Shown here one piece after another: positions 1 to 15,980 of a DNA stretch of 64,000 nt. Source of the stretch: Nitrospirales bacterium (GTDB lineage: Bacteria; Nitrospirota; Nitrospiria; Nitrospirales; UBA8639); contig CBDBCZ010000016.1 in the NCBI GenBank assembly GCA_965203295.1, forward strand, positions 192,001-256,000, in the 5' to 3' direction. The first letter of the stretch is position 1. Every line of letters begins with the position of its first letter. The notes below the pieces were generated by a model that saw only the letters and a program-made list of their open reading frames with translations, did no database searches and was not told the origin of the DNA. Position numbers and translations under genes: made by a program.

Positions 1-519
1 CTTGTATAATGATATTGGGAGAGGTCATGCACTCCAGGTTAATATGCAGTATTGCAGGCCGGTGTTTGTCTGCACATACTACGAGCTGTGTTGTACCTGT
101 TTTACTTGTTCCAGCTCCTCCATCACAGTAGCTGTAATTCTCTTTTCTTCCTCCAGAGAAACGTCCTTGTCATTCTCCAGTTGTATCTTCATTTCCTCTA
201 ATTGCTTTTGATACATCTCCTGCATTGCATACAACAGTCACTCTAAAACTGAGTTCTTCTATAGGTTAAATTATAAGGAATAAATATATTGAAATGTGGC
301 AGATTGCTGGTCCTTGATACTGTGTCAATTTAGTGTAGCTGTGATTCACCAGCAGCCTGCCAGGAGAGATCCTTGCTTTGAGATGGAAAAATTCTAGCGT
401 GGCAGGTAAGGTGAGAATGAAGATTGTCCTTATACATAAACTACTAGGATCACTAGTAAAGCACTTTGGCCCAGTGGTGGATAAACACTATGATCAAGGG
501 CAACAACACACCAATCATC

Positions 520-670
520 CAGTCCATTGGGGGAGTAAAAGCCTGTTTTCTCCTTTCATAATGGAAAATAGGTATACGTATCAGCCATCACCACACACAC
601 ACACTAGCATCATGGCCAACCAAGTTAGAGGGCTTCAAGATGAAGGGATTAGTGCTGCTCATCTTGGTAA
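520..670 (+). pseudogene. Short RecQ-like helicase remnant
   Basis: Degenerate GSKSL (motif I-like) followed by SIMANQVRGLQDEGISAAHLG, resembling RecQ motif Ia and the following helix. Confidence 0.35.
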
Positions 671-1213
671 CAGACATAGATACACACATACGTGTATACT
701 ACTATGTTGGGGCTGTTCATGATCCTGAGAATATCCTGATGAGAAAAGGAATGCCTAACCGGCTTGAGATTTTTGCTATTCTCAATATTATTCTCCTAGT
801 TTTCTTCTTACATTAGTTATAGAATTAAATTATCTTTGTTACATAAGTGAACATTCTATACAATCCATAAAAGACAAGTAGATATTAACATGTCGACACT
901 ACTTCACCAGCCACTTGATCAGACATTATTGATACCATCACAGAGGGCTGGCTAGCCACTCAACCAAAAAAAACCTCAATCTATTGAGTGCTCAGTCCCT
1001 GTGAATTGCCGGTCGGAGCACGTGAACTACACTCTCACATTCTTTCCCACATAACCAACACTGCCTATCATCATTTTTACTGCCTATCATCATTTTTATC
1101 TTCCTAACTCTTCATTCAGACCATTAGTACCAGACCTCAACTTAAACCCCATATTCCCTTACTGCTTCATTACACGTTTTAGAAGAGCAGCCAAGTATCT
1201 TTTTAGATGCTAC

Positions 1214-1281
1214 TAGTCTATCGAGCTAGACCCTCCTCAGCGCTTAGCTAAGCATAGAGGAGGGTCTAGCTCGATAGACTA
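1214..1281. mobile_element. 68-bp hairpin MITE, TAG...CTA termini, AcademH-like
   Basis: TAGTCTATCGAGCTAGACCCTCCTC / GAGGAGGGTCTAGCTCGATAGACTA inverted arms; 9-bp TSD AGATGCTAC at 1205-1213 and 1282-1290. Confidence 0.85.
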
Positions 1282-4200
1282 AGATGCTACTAGCTAAATA
1301 CGTAGATTCCAAACTGCTATTCTCGACATTAGGAAAGCGGCTTTGAGTTAAGGTTTGGGTAGGCAGTTTTGAGAATGTTTGCATGTACATGTAACAGTGA
1401 CAACACTTTTGTCCAGCACACTAATGCCTTTGATCTACTAGGACAACACTAGTAACACTTGCATGGGTACAAGAAACTCTCGGAAACACAATTAGGCTAA
1501 AGAAGATATGCTTATTCTGAATCAGACTTGTAAAAGGCTGAAAAATTCCCTAATATTGGTTATTAATTTTTGTTCTGCAAGCCACACACATTTAATCTAC
1601 ATGTACGTAATCACCAAATCTGAGCATCCGTCTATTAATGTTCTGCTTGCATTGTACATGACTCAGTATGCAATATCCAGTCTGAGATATGCTCATATTA
1701 CAATGATTGTATGTCACTTACTTGCTCCTCCTGTTTAGTCGTCTCTACAACCTTTAGTAGCCTCTGCTCTTCATCCTGTTTCATTGCAGCCACAGCCCCA
1801 GAGAGGGCTTCACTGTGCTCTATTTCAATAAGAGACAACCTGTAGAAGTAGACTTACATATTCACAACTGTTGTGACCAGCATGACCAGGATTACTATGG
1901 GTATAATATAGGCGTATTCATTCCAGTTTCTGCACTTTTGATGCATTCTCGACAACCATATCTACTTATTTCCCAGTTTTTTTTCACATAGTAAAATAAT
2001 TATTACGTGCGAAAAGAAAAGCTGGGAAGTAGAGCCTAGGAACGAGGCTACATGTAGTGTGTAGCACCTACTCATGTTGTGTTGCAGCATGGAACCTCAG
2101 TTACATATATATGTAGCTCATGTGTATGTGTGTATGTGTGTATGTGTATTTTGGCCTGGGAACAATACATTTAGTATCCAGCTGTTCTTTTCGTTTGATA
2201 CATGAAAACATGAAAAATTTCATGTGTCATTCAAAATTTGTCTAAAACTGGTGGAATTTATGATTCTAACCTTCAGTCAATAGCAGAGCCAAACCCATCT
2301 CCAGTACGTTGCCAAACCCCAATTGTCAGTTAATTGTGGGGTTAATTGTGGGGTATGTTACGGTGCATGTGGTCTTTAGATGAGAGCACATATGATACTT
2401 GTAACAATAAGAGTGCCTATAGAAAGATGTCATCTTGACAGGACATAGTTTAACAATATTGGCTTTAAAAAAATTGTAGGGCAGTAATTTTCGATTACGT
2501 AGGCTGTGAATAGCAGTGGGCATATGTATGCTCATACATGTATACTCTATGGAAATATGTAGGTATGTTCAAGGTAGAGAATTAGAAGCAGTAAAATAAA
2601 CTGTTTATACCATGAAACCACTATAAAATTATAGGCACTTAGAATAATCTCCTGCTTTAAACAAACTGAATATGTGTATGGTAGAAACGTATCTATCACA
2701 TAGAAATCTCACCATCCACACACTTTTCATTACTTTACAAGCTAGCTAGCTGGCTCTTAACCAGGCAAGGTTTTCTCCAATATAGTTCAATGTGAATTTA
2801 TATGGATTTTTGGGTACTAATATAGAATCAGAAAAAGTTTACACTTTTTCTGGGTTCATAAATGTGCCCTTGGCTAGCAAAGAGCCAGATCTTCTGTTCA
2901 ACCATATATTATTAAAAACTTTTTACTTTTTTCAAGTTACTACTACAATGAAGTGCATCACCTTCATTCCCAGAAAGCACTCAACAACACTATGAACTCC
3001 AGAACACACAGCAGAATGACTATCTTGCAGCTGTATGAAATACAGGAAGTGGCAATAAACACATTAAACGTATATGTACATATACGCAGTAATTAAAATA
3101 CATACGTGCCTGTATACGTAGTTACTATAATTATAGTTCTGCCATAACATAGGGCCTGGAGTGTATATTATACTAAAGATTAAGGAATATTTCAGTCGTA
3201 GATCTCAATATATATGCAGCAGGCTATGGAACCTTTACTTCCCAAAGTGTGTTCGATGATGCTACATGAATCAGTTTGTTTATGCAGAGAGTATTTCTAT
3301 TACCACCAGCAACAACAGCAATGATTCTTAACCATATTTCCTGCGTATACACCTGCACCTCTGCTTCTTTGCCGTACTTATACACTTATACAGTGTGTTA
3401 CTGATTTTTTGCAGAACACAGTGCTCCAGAAATGAATGAATGACGTAGGTATATATGTATACAATAAATATGTACACTGTTTTTCTGCGTACATGGTGTA
3501 TGGATATGTAGATTACTGGAGTAGCATCAAGAAACACACAACTCCATGTGGCAAGAGTCAAACCTGCTCCAGTTGTTGAGTCACTCTTTCAATGTCCTCT
3601 TTCAGATGTGTGTTATCCTCCACCAGTGTTGTCATAGCACTAGTAGCTGCTTCAGGGCTGATGTCAGTGCTCTGAGACAGCCCGTTGGAGGCTAGTGTAA
3701 CCAGCTGCTCACATAAAGTGGACATCTGTATGCACAAGAGGCATACACACGTGACAGGGGTATACATAACACCGGCACCCATACACAATGACATATGCAT
3801 AGCATAAACAAGTTATTCTCAAGCAGCCAGCCTGCGATATAATCTCACACCATGTAGCAATGGGCATGACTGTGGCTCTCCGTAGTGATTCATGAGATTG
3901 AAAAGCTGTCATACAGTATATTTCTTCATTCTATTATCACTGGAGGTCAACATGTTTCTCACCCCGTAATGGACAAACATAGCCTGAAAGCAGTTGGTGA
4001 GTACATATTCATACTATTATCCAGCGACTGATCTATGTTATATGATATACGTAACACAGCCTAGTACATTAGAGTATTTTACAAAAGGATATTCGCTTAT
4101 ATTTCGCATTATCAAGTACGGTTACTCTCTCTCTTTTGCTTCATAAACTTGGTCTTCTAAAAAATCTTGTGATTGAAGCTGTCAAGTTAATGAAAAGATG

Positions 4201-4904
4201 AGATCTTGACAACATTACATACATACACGATAGACCTACAAAACAGCCATGTGGTTTCAATTTAATACTACTTACCTGTTTAGCAGTAGCATCATTTTTC
4301 TCTTCTTGGTAAGTTCAGATTTCCTCTTTCGGTCATTACCGCTGAGCTTCTCTTCATTAGCTTGGCTTTGTTCTAATCTCTAAAGAACAGGAAGCTGAAT
4401 ATCAGCTTATCATTCGCAAAATCATGTCTTTTACGTAATAAAAATATGTCAGTCATGTACTTTAACAATTTAAGGACAGTGCACAGTGCATAAATCTAAC
4501 ATCTATTGTTACGTAAGTTTGAACACCCACACATATACATAGCTATGCACCGCAGAATCTGGAAGTATAGCCTTGGAAACCGGTGAAATTGCATTACTGT
4601 TCTACTGTACTTCACAAGCTCAAAACATACTCACTGACAGCACGTGAGAGTTAATCACAGCATATCAAGTGTTGAAAGCATATTAAATGTATTACTAAGT
4701 GCGCATCGTAGTGATTCAGAATACTACATATGATTTGAACATCCTGTTTCTCCATACTCCAATAATTGACAGTTACTTTCTACACATTTACCTTTTGAAG
4801 ATCATTATTTAGTTCTGTCAACTTTTCACCTGTTGTATGTATGCAACATGAAACAATAACAGAAGAGAGCAGCAACACATACATGGGTGCTGCATGATAC
4901 TATC

Positions 4905-5100
4905 TTAAGAGAGTAATTACAGTTAGAATTGGCAGGTCATATTGGCGAGTGTTTCTAGTGGGTTTAGTAGCTACGCATAAAACTTGCCTACTGACTAGCA
5001 ATCAGAATGTCCTGGGTTCAACTCCCAGCTAGGCTCTGGTTTTAGGAGGTATGATACAGTAAAGTAGCTTCTTTACTGCTAACACAAACTTCTGGTAAGA
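4905..5100 (+). repeat. Degenerate copy of the tRNA-Thr-containing repeat (5' half of the tRNA deleted)
   Basis: GAGAGTAATTACAGTTAGAATTGGC...GTCCTGGGTTCAACTCCCAGCT matches 40945-41115; the paralogous copy at 17150-17460 has an internal tandem duplication. Confidence 0.6.
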
Positions 5101-7108
5101 GTAACTGGGCACTTATAATTCAAACAAATAGTCCCGGGTTTTTGCCCGAGTACCAGGCCTTCAAGTTAACAATACCTTTAAAATCCGGAAGGTGTGAAAA
5201 TGTATATTGCCCTAGTCCAAACATATACGTACATGCATACAAGAGCTGTATGTGCACAGAATCAACATACCCAATGTTATGTACATGACACACATATGTA
5301 TACAGTGCACATGATGCTGACCTGCTTTTGAAGGGAAGCATTAATAAGATGTACGTCTTTCTCTACACTCTTGTTTCAGTTGAGAGGAGCGCCTTGCAGA
5401 AAATTTGCTCTCCTCCTGTAACCTCCGGTTTTCCTGAGTCAGTGGAGTCACAGTGGCATCCTTGCCCATCAGCTCTTTCCGGAGTGAAGAGCTATGGCTA
5501 GTAGCAGACTGCAGTTGGCTCTCAGTGTCAGCTAGCTGTTAAAGATAACAATTCACAAGTTTCATACACTCTTATGGTAATAGAATACTGCCAAGGAAGC
5601 ATGTTGCGTAGCACGTTTCACATTAAAGCTGAGCCACATCACATGACAGTCTTACATGCTGCATGTACAGCAGTGTAGACATAATATGAGACAGTCATAC
5701 TTGCTCTAACATACTGCATGTGTAGCAATGCATGAATGGTACTGTAGATACAGACTCTCCTTTCTGGATAAAGGTGTGGTCTACAGTAGAACGTAGTATG
5801 CTACATGCTTTGTATGCAAGTAAGTTTCAACATGCACCTGCCCATGCTGTTGACCAAATGTGTAATTAACATACATACATGTACGTAGGTACATACATAC
5901 ATACAGGTTTATACTGGCAGTTTGAAGTGATACAGACCTGTTTCTTCAGCATTTCTACACCAGATATCATTTCTTGCAAAAGATTTTCAAATGATTCCAG
6001 GGGCTCCTCCATAGAAACATAGCTACGTATGCAAAACATTGTATACATTACTTTGAAACTAACTGTGAGAGCACCACAACTACTACATGTAACATGAGCA
6101 GTTAAACATGCAATGATTAGTATGCAGCAGAGAGTGATCCAAAACTAGTAAAGCCTATTACAAGCTAAGATGGAAAATGTGTGTGTGTGTTTCATAGGCA
6201 TGATGCCCATACGCAGCTTTGACAGAGTATAGGAATAGTTCAGAGCTATACGCAGTCTCTACAATATTTCTGCCTTGCTTTCCACATAATTTACATACCT
6301 CAGATCTTTAGCCATTGGGTTTTTCTTGTAAGCAGCCAGTTTTTTCCTTAGTTCAGCTATAATAGCATCTTTTCTCTGGCTCTCAGACTCAAACAGAGCC
6401 AGCCTACAGACTCTGTCCGTTAGACACTGCACTTGATAATCCTGTAAAACGGGGCATGTAGTCTGAATATGTATGTAACTGGTAATTTCAGAATCCAGTA
6501 CACAAACCTTGAAAAGCAGATACATGTATGTACATAGTCAGCTGTGTACATACATGTACATGTACATGTAAGTAAGGGCCAATGATCAGAACAGGCTGAT
6601 GGCCCACTCAGACTAACCATCTTTTCGAGTGTATACAGCAAGTTTTCCAGCAAGGAAAATAAACCACTTAATACAAAACGTGCATCACAATAATGTGTTC
6701 TACGACGCCAAGAGCAACTATCCTGTGCTATCTATTTTGGCCTGCATGTAGGAGGGCCAGGGATGTAGCTAGAATGAGATTCCATGAGTAAAACATATTT
6801 AATATACCTTCTCAATAAGGGCATCATGTATACGTAGCAAAGAGTTGCTTTCAGAATCCTCTCCTGCTCTTGCTCTTTGTTCCACAACATCCTGTCCTAA
6901 AACAGGACCAAGAATAACAATATATACACACATATACTGTAGTAATCATAGCAGGCTGAATGCAATTAACGAGTGTCACATCAGGGGTGGGTACAGCTAC
7001 TAAAAGTGTGTGTGTGTGCATGTGTGGAGACAAGGCTACGTTGCACTAGACACTAGATGGGTACCAACTGGTGTGAAGGAAATTTTAAAATCAATCCAGG
7101 TTGCTTTT

Positions 7109-7139
<31 letters not shown>

Positions 7140-7481
7140 GGTGGGGGGCTCAACCCTCCTGCACATGTATGCCTAGATTTTGGAAACATAATACTCATAT
7201 GGCCCACAGAAATCCAGAAGTACTGTAAAAATAATTACATATCATAAAAAATTCAGAAGTACTGTAAAAATAATGGTATTGAATGTCCGACTCAAATAAA
7301 ACCAATAGTGCAGACTTACATTCCAACAAATCGAACCTACCGTGAGTATTCCTTCTTTGGTGTGGAGAACTGGGATCTGATACAGGTGTCTCATCATGCA
7401 TTGAAATGGGCTAAATGAAAAAGAAGAAGGGAAAACGTTGCTTGAGGTTGCTTTCTGCTAGCAACTGCATCCAAAAAATAC

Positions 7482-8886
7482 ATAGTCTGCTGGCATTGAT
7501 CCTTTGTTAGCCCATGGCTGCTCCGCATATACAACTCTTTCAAATGCTCAGGGAGGTGTAGCATTTCAGATTCTGCCTTTGCAATTTCCTTTTGTTGCAG
7601 AACAACACTTGCAACTTGCTCACATCTTGCAATTTCGGTTCACTTCTTGACTTTGCGTTTCTGGCCAGTTAGATTCATCATTCTCACGACTGTGGTAGGT
7701 TGGTGTAGGTCTACCAGAGTTCGGGCAACCAACAAGCCTTCCAGGGCACTTTCTGCTTCCTTGTTTCTGCCAGTAGTGTGGCCTTCTCTGTCTCTGTCCA
7801 GTGGTTCAGCTGGCTCAACATCTCGAATTGGGCCCGGTAGGCCTCCCGAGATGAACGCCCGTCGTACGGTGGTGGTCGCTGCAGAACCCCACCTCCCGTA
7901 CAGGTTCGATGTATGCCGTCATCTGCCCCTGCAAGGAAAGAATTCACAGTTGGAATAAACTCCACTGCAGATGCCCGCAAGGGAGGAGAGGACGCGCTCC
8001 CCGTCGGCTTCTCGACTTCTGTTTCACAGATGCCTGACTTGTCCGCGTCTCCTCGAGCTCGACTGCAGATGCGCGCAACGACGGAGAGAGCGTTGTTTCT
8101 GGCGACTTCTTCTCGACGCTCTGAAGGGTCTCCAGCTTTGTCTGTACTTCCTCCCTCAAAGAGGCCTGGCTTTCCCGCATCTCCTCGGCCAGCACTCGAT
8201 GCGAGGTTTGCAGCTCTGCTAGCCAGCCTTCGGCCGTCTGGAATCTGCCCTCCACGGCTTCCTTGGTACGCTCCAGATCGTACTGAAGAGCTTCCACTTG
8301 CTGCTCCCCCTCCAGCTGCTTATTTTCCAGTACTTTCCATTGCCTTTCTACCAGCTGCTCCAGCTGCTGCTCCTGCTGATGGGCCAGCTCCTTTTGCCAC
8401 TGCCGCTGCTCACTCGCGAGCTGCTCCTGTCGCTCCCGCTGTTGCTCCATCATGCCGATGAGCTTCGCCTCCTGCCGCTCTTGCTGCTGCTCCTGGCGCT
8501 CTTGTTGCTGCCCCATCATGCCGATGAGCTTCGCCAGCTGTTCTTCCAGCTCCTGCCGTCTAGTGGCTGCTCTCGTGCTCATCTGCTATCCCACTCCTGA
8601 CACCAATTGTAGCGAACCCCGCGGGTTATAACTTCGCCGTAGCAGCGAGCACGCAGCGCAGAACAGAGATGACAGACTTTTTGGCAACAGAAATGGATCA
8701 GCAGCATCTTACAGAAGAATGGCCTGCTTTTATAGACTTTAGCATGACAACGAAAGAATGCTTCAGAAAGAAATGCAGGCTGGTGGACAGAAACACAATG
8801 CTGGCAGACATGAACAACAGAAGAATGCCCAGAAACATTGACAACACAAGAATGCACAACAGCTCACAATAGCCATACTGTCTACA
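7482..8886 (-). mobile_element. Ty3/Gypsy LTR retrotransposon, 5' part only (LTR, PBS, gag, deleted pol fragment)
   Basis: 279-bp LTR 8608-8886 bounded by TGTAG...CTACA; PBS TGGTGTCAGGAGTGGGAT (8588-8605, tRNA-Leu-like 3' complement) 2 nt inside; gag ORF 7944-8582 plus shifted QRPPPYDGRSSREAYRAQFE; pre-RT fragment LPEHLKELYMRSSHGLTKDQCQQ near 7485-7560; no 3' LTR. Confidence 0.85.
7711..8582 (-). pseudogene. Gypsy gag, frameshifted and internally deleted
   Basis: ORF 7944-8582 starts right after the PBS (Q/E-rich coiled coil with a repeated AKLIGMM unit) and continues in another frame (7711-7980) with a PPPYDG..W/R..Y..QFE capsid-start motif. Confidence 0.75.
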
Positions 8887-9274
8887 ATGGAGTCAATCTT
8901 CGACTCCAGCCTAAGGCTAAATACTGCTGGAGGAGACCTCCGTTACATTATATATATAGGAAACCAGTTAGCAGCTATGAATTTGTTTCTACATGTCGAT
9001 TATGAGAAAGTGTATTTCAGAGGGGGATTAGTATGCAACGTGCTGTGTGGGTATAGATTTCTTGAACGTACAACTTTACTTGTATTGTCAGAATGTTTAA
9101 GCATCAGTCATATCATAGCCATGCAGCTCTTGTATCATGGGTTGCCTCCTTTCAAACAAGACTATCACAGCAGGCAAGTGCTAAATATAACTGTAAATGT
9201 GATTCTGCTATTGCAGGTCAATGTGACTTCATTGATGTTCTTCAACTACCATGACTACAAATGAAGATAAGGTG

Positions 9275-11165
<1,891 letters not shown>

Positions 11166-11599
11166 ATATACTGCAAAAAATGCCGAGTCGGAACAACCCA
11201 CGTTCGCGTGTTGTTCGTTTGTCCCCGAAAATGGCATGGGTGACGCGTGTCGATTATCGACACGCGTCCTGTGTTGTCTCAGCACGCGACAAGCGGTTAT
11301 ATTGACGCACGTACATGTTGCCTCAGCATGCTATGAACGGTTATATCAACATTCATGCGCGTATGATCGGCCACGCCCTACAGAAAGCACGCGTACAGTA
11401 GCCGATAGGCCACGCCCTATGGTAATTACCCGAGGCACCACCAATACGGAATCTCGCAGAGCCAGCAGCGCATCAGAGCATGGGTAGAAGACTTGGTCAA
11501 CACTATTATATTCGGTGAGCCCGTTGTGTTATGAAGTTCGTAATAATATGGAAGACCATCATAGATCTAGATACCGGGATATAAATTATGCTCCCATAA

Positions 11600-14500
11600 G
11601 TTTGTCTGTAGAAACATTAGCGCAGAAAGAGACAGTAGAAATTATCTAGGTTCATAAGTCTCTAGCAACCTGTCTGAACTACAGTAGCAAGATTCACCTT
11701 CCGAACCCGGAGCGCTAAGGGGATAGATTGCTTCTGCTTTGGAACAAAGGGTAGCTTTTGCTGCCTTGTCAATTCTAAATCCTGAATTTGATTTCCAAAA
11801 CTCTTCCTGACTATTGGGCATGGTCTGATTCATAGTAGCAAGATTTTTCCTGAATATCTCCCATTATGGCTCCATAAGGCCAGGATTTGTAGCTGATTTG
11901 GTACTTAAGACTTGGCCGTGTATTAGAATGCTTGCTAGCCACACCTACTAACACCTTCTATCCCCTGACCAATCATATTTCCTGACTATTTGGGATGGTC
12001 TGAGTCACATTAGCAAGATTAACCATCATAATGTCTGAGCCTGATGCTCTAAGAGGATAGATTGCTTCTACCTTGAATAATAAGGACAATAGGGGTGAAT
12101 TAGCATTTGCTGCCTCGTCAACACTAAAGCCTCAGTCAATGTGATTTTCAAAACTGTTTCCTGACTATTGGGCATGATCTGATTCATACTAGCAAGGTTT
12201 GCCCTGAATATCTCCCATTTTGGCTCCATAAGGCCAGGAATTATAGCCAATTTGATACTTTGAAAGCAAGACTAGAATGCTTGCTAGCCACACCTACTAA
12301 CACCTTTGATCCCCCGACCAATTATATTTCCTGACTATTTGGCATGGTCTGAATCACAATAGCAAGATTAACCATCATATTATCTGAACCTGGTGCTCTA
12401 AGAGGATAGATTGCTTCTACCTTGAATAATAAGGACAAAGGGGGTGAATTAGCATTTGCTGCCTCGTCAACACTAAAGCCTCAGTCAATGTGATTTTCAA
12501 AACTGTTTCCTGACTATTGGGCATGATCTGATTCATACTAGCAAGGTTTACCCTGAATATCTCTCATTTTGGCTCCATAAGGCCAGGAATTATAGCCAAT
12601 TAGATACTTTGAAAGCTAGACTTGACCTGTAATAGAATAATGCTTGCTAGCCATGCATACTAATTAGCCCATTCCATCCCACTGACCAATCATGTTTCCT
12701 GACTATTTTGCATGGTCTAAATCACATTAGCAAGATTAACCATCATAATTTCTGAGCCTGGTGCTCTAAGAAGATAGATTGCTTTTACCTTGAATAATAA
12801 GGACAATAGAGGTGAATTAGCATTTGCTGCCTCGTCAACACTAAAGCCTCGGTCAATGTGATTTTCAAAACTGTTTCCTGACTATTGGGCATGGTCTGAT
12901 TCATAATAGCAAGGTTTGCCCTGAATATCTCCCATTTTGGCTCCATAAGGCCAGAAATTGTAGCCAATTAGATACTTTGAAAGCAAGACTTTTCCTGTAT
13001 TAGAATGCTTGCTAGCCACACCTACTAACACCTTTGATTCCCCGACCAATCATGTTTCCTGACTATTGGGCATGGTCTAAATCACATTAGCAAGATTAAC
13101 CATTTATAATGTCTGAGCCTGGTGCTCTAAGAGGATAGATTGCTTCTACCTTGAATAATAAGGACAAAAGTGGTGAATTTGCATTTGCTGCCTCGTCAAC
13201 ACTAAAGCCTCAGTCAATGTGATTTTCAAAACTGTTTCCTGACTATTGGGCATGGTCTGATTCATACTAGCAAGGATTACCCTTAATATCTCCCATTTTG
13301 GCTCCATAAGGCCAGAAATTGTAGCCAATTTGATACTTTGAAAGCAAGACTTGGCCTGTATTAGAATGCTTGCTAGCCACACCTACTAACACTTCCCATC
13401 CCCTGACCAATCATGTTTCCTGACTATTGGGCATGGTCTAAATCCCATTAGCAAGATTAACCATCATAATGTCTGAGCCTGGTGCTCTAAGAGGATAGAT
13501 TGCTTCTACCTTGAATAGTAAGGACAAAAGTGGTGAATTTGCATTTGCTGTCTCGTCAACACTAAAGCCTCAGTCAATGTGATTTTTAAAACTGTTTCCT
13601 GACTATTGGGCATGGTCTGATTCATACTAGCAAGGTTTACCCTTAATATCTCCCATTTTGGCTCCATAAGGCCAGAAATTGTAGCCAATTTGATACTTTG
13701 AAAGCAAGACTTGGTCGTGTGTTGGATTGCTTGCTAGCCACGCCTACTAACACTTTCCATCCCCTGACCAATCATGTTTCCTGACTATTGGGCATGGTCT
13801 GAATCATACTAGCTATGTTTGTCCTGAATATCCCCCAGTATGGCTCCATAAGGCCAGGAATTATAGCCAATTAGATACATTGAAAGCAAGACTTGGCCTG
13901 TATTAGAATGCTTGCTAGCCACACCTACTAACACTTCCCATCCCCTGACCAATCATGTTTCCTGACTATTGGGCATGGTCTAAATCCCATTAGCAAGATT
14001 AACCATCATAATGTCTGAGCCTGGTGCTCTAAGAGGATAGATTGCTTCTACCTTGAATAGTAAGGACAAAAGTGGTGAATTTGCATTTGCTGTCTCGTCA
14101 ACACTAAAGCCTCAGTCAATGTGATTTTTAAAACTGTTTCCTGACTATTGGGCATGGTCTGATTCATACTAGCAAGGATTACCCTTAATATCTCCCATTT
14201 TGGCTCCATAAGGCCAGAAATTGTAGCCAATTTGATACTTTGAAAGCAAGACTTGGCCGTGTATTGGATTGCTTGCTAGCCATGCATACTAACCCATTCC
14301 ATCCCACTGACCAATCATGTTTCCTGACTATTTTGCATGGTCTAAATCACATTAGCAAGATTAACCATCATAATGTCTGAGCCTGGTGCTCTAAGAAGAT
14401 AGATTGCTTTCACCTTGAATAATAAGGACAATAGAGGTGAATTAGCATTTGCTGCCTCGTCAACACTAAAGCCTCGGTCAATGTGATTTTTAAAACTGTT

Positions 14501-14940
14501 TCCTGACTATTGGGCATGGTCTGATTCATAATAGCAAGGTTTGCCCTGAATATCCCCCAGTATGGCTCAATAAGGCCAGAAATTGTAGCCAATTAGATAC
14601 TTTGAAAGCAAGACTTTTCCTGTATTAGAATACTTGCTAGCCACACCTACTAACACCTTTGATTCCCCGACCAATCATATTTCCTGACTATTTGGCATGG
14701 TCTGAATCACATTTGCAAGATTAACCATCATAATGTCTAAATCTGGTGCTCTAAGAGGATAGATTGCTCCTACCTTGAATAATAAGGACAAAGGGGGTGC
14801 ATTAGCATTTGCTGCCTCGTCAACACTAAAGCCTCAGTCAATGTGATTTTCAAAACTGTTTCCTGACTATTGGGCATGATCTGATTTATAGTAGCAAGGT
14901 TTGCCCTGAATATCTCCATTATGGCTTCACAAGGCCAGGC
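11600..14940. repeat. Tandem array, ~360-bp dimer of two related ~180-bp monomers (~9 dimers)
   Basis: CCTGACTATT recurs about every 180 bp from ~11806 to ~14862; CCTTGAATA recurs at spacings of about 349, 368, 361, 360, 542, 362 and 360. Confidence 0.95.
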
Positions 14941-14979
14941 ATCGTACCCAATTACATGTAGGTAATTGTAGGTACTTCA

Positions 14980-15084
<105 letters not shown>

Positions 15085-15980
15085 TGGACATCATAGTACA
15101 GTAACAGGTGACTGGATAGTGACTGTCATTAAGGGTGGTCACTGGTCGTGTGGCAGACATCCTCTCCAAATTCTGATGTATACTCGTGTCTGTGTTTGGT
15201 TGCAGTGCTACAGCTATAGAATTATTGACTATCCTATAGCAATCCCAGCTCATTTTTAATTTTCAGCTTCTACTGCTGGGTCACCTTGCAGGGATCATCC
15301 TACGTTTTGAATAAGATGAACTATTTTTCTTTTTTTGGTTTTGTATGTCGTGTATGTACTAGCTTTCCAGATCAAAAACATCGCTATGGGTATGGAAGGG
15401 AGTGTGGTTAAATGGGCTGACTGCACGAAGGACTCTTGGTATTTAGAACACGATACAGTTCTTCACTGGTGTGAACACGAAGTTGAGTCTTCAGGGAGAA
15501 CTGTTGGGTGTAAGTCCGCAGATGTGGCAGAAATTAATACGTGGAGCAACACTGAGGGTTGCTGTCTTTGTTGAAGTGGGAAGTAGGGGCTGTTCAGAAG
15601 GCGTGATAGATGAGAAGAATAGTGGATTGGTCCGTAGGCGACTGTGAGTGGATGCATTACATTTGTGCGAGAGTAGAAATTGCCCAGGCCAAAGAGAACA
15701 CAGCTGCAAAAAAGAAAGGAAGAGGATCTGCACTAATTATCAAATTTTTAGCTACATTTCGGCTCCTCCCCTCGGGATACGATTATGGGAAGAAGCCAAG
15801 GTCTGGGCACGAGACTAGCTCCGCCCCTACAGCTTTTAAGCACATAGCGATGTGCTAATTCCACACGGAGGGTTGATGCAACACTCGCGTATCGGGCGAT
15901 GTGCTGTTTCAACACGAGATCTGATGAACAACACGCATGCTCGGCTTGTCTGCGTGCTGTTTCGGCACTGGCATTTTTGC

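Noticed and set aside
7913..8600. Plus-strand ORFs of 182 and 100 aa
   Set aside because: Antisense shadows of the low-complexity gag ORF
11600..14940. CRISPR-like array or repeated 60-aa ORFs (MATISGLMEPKW...)
   Set aside because: The sequence between conserved motifs is itself repeated, not unique spacers; no cas genes; eukaryotic context; the ORFs are broken by indels in several units
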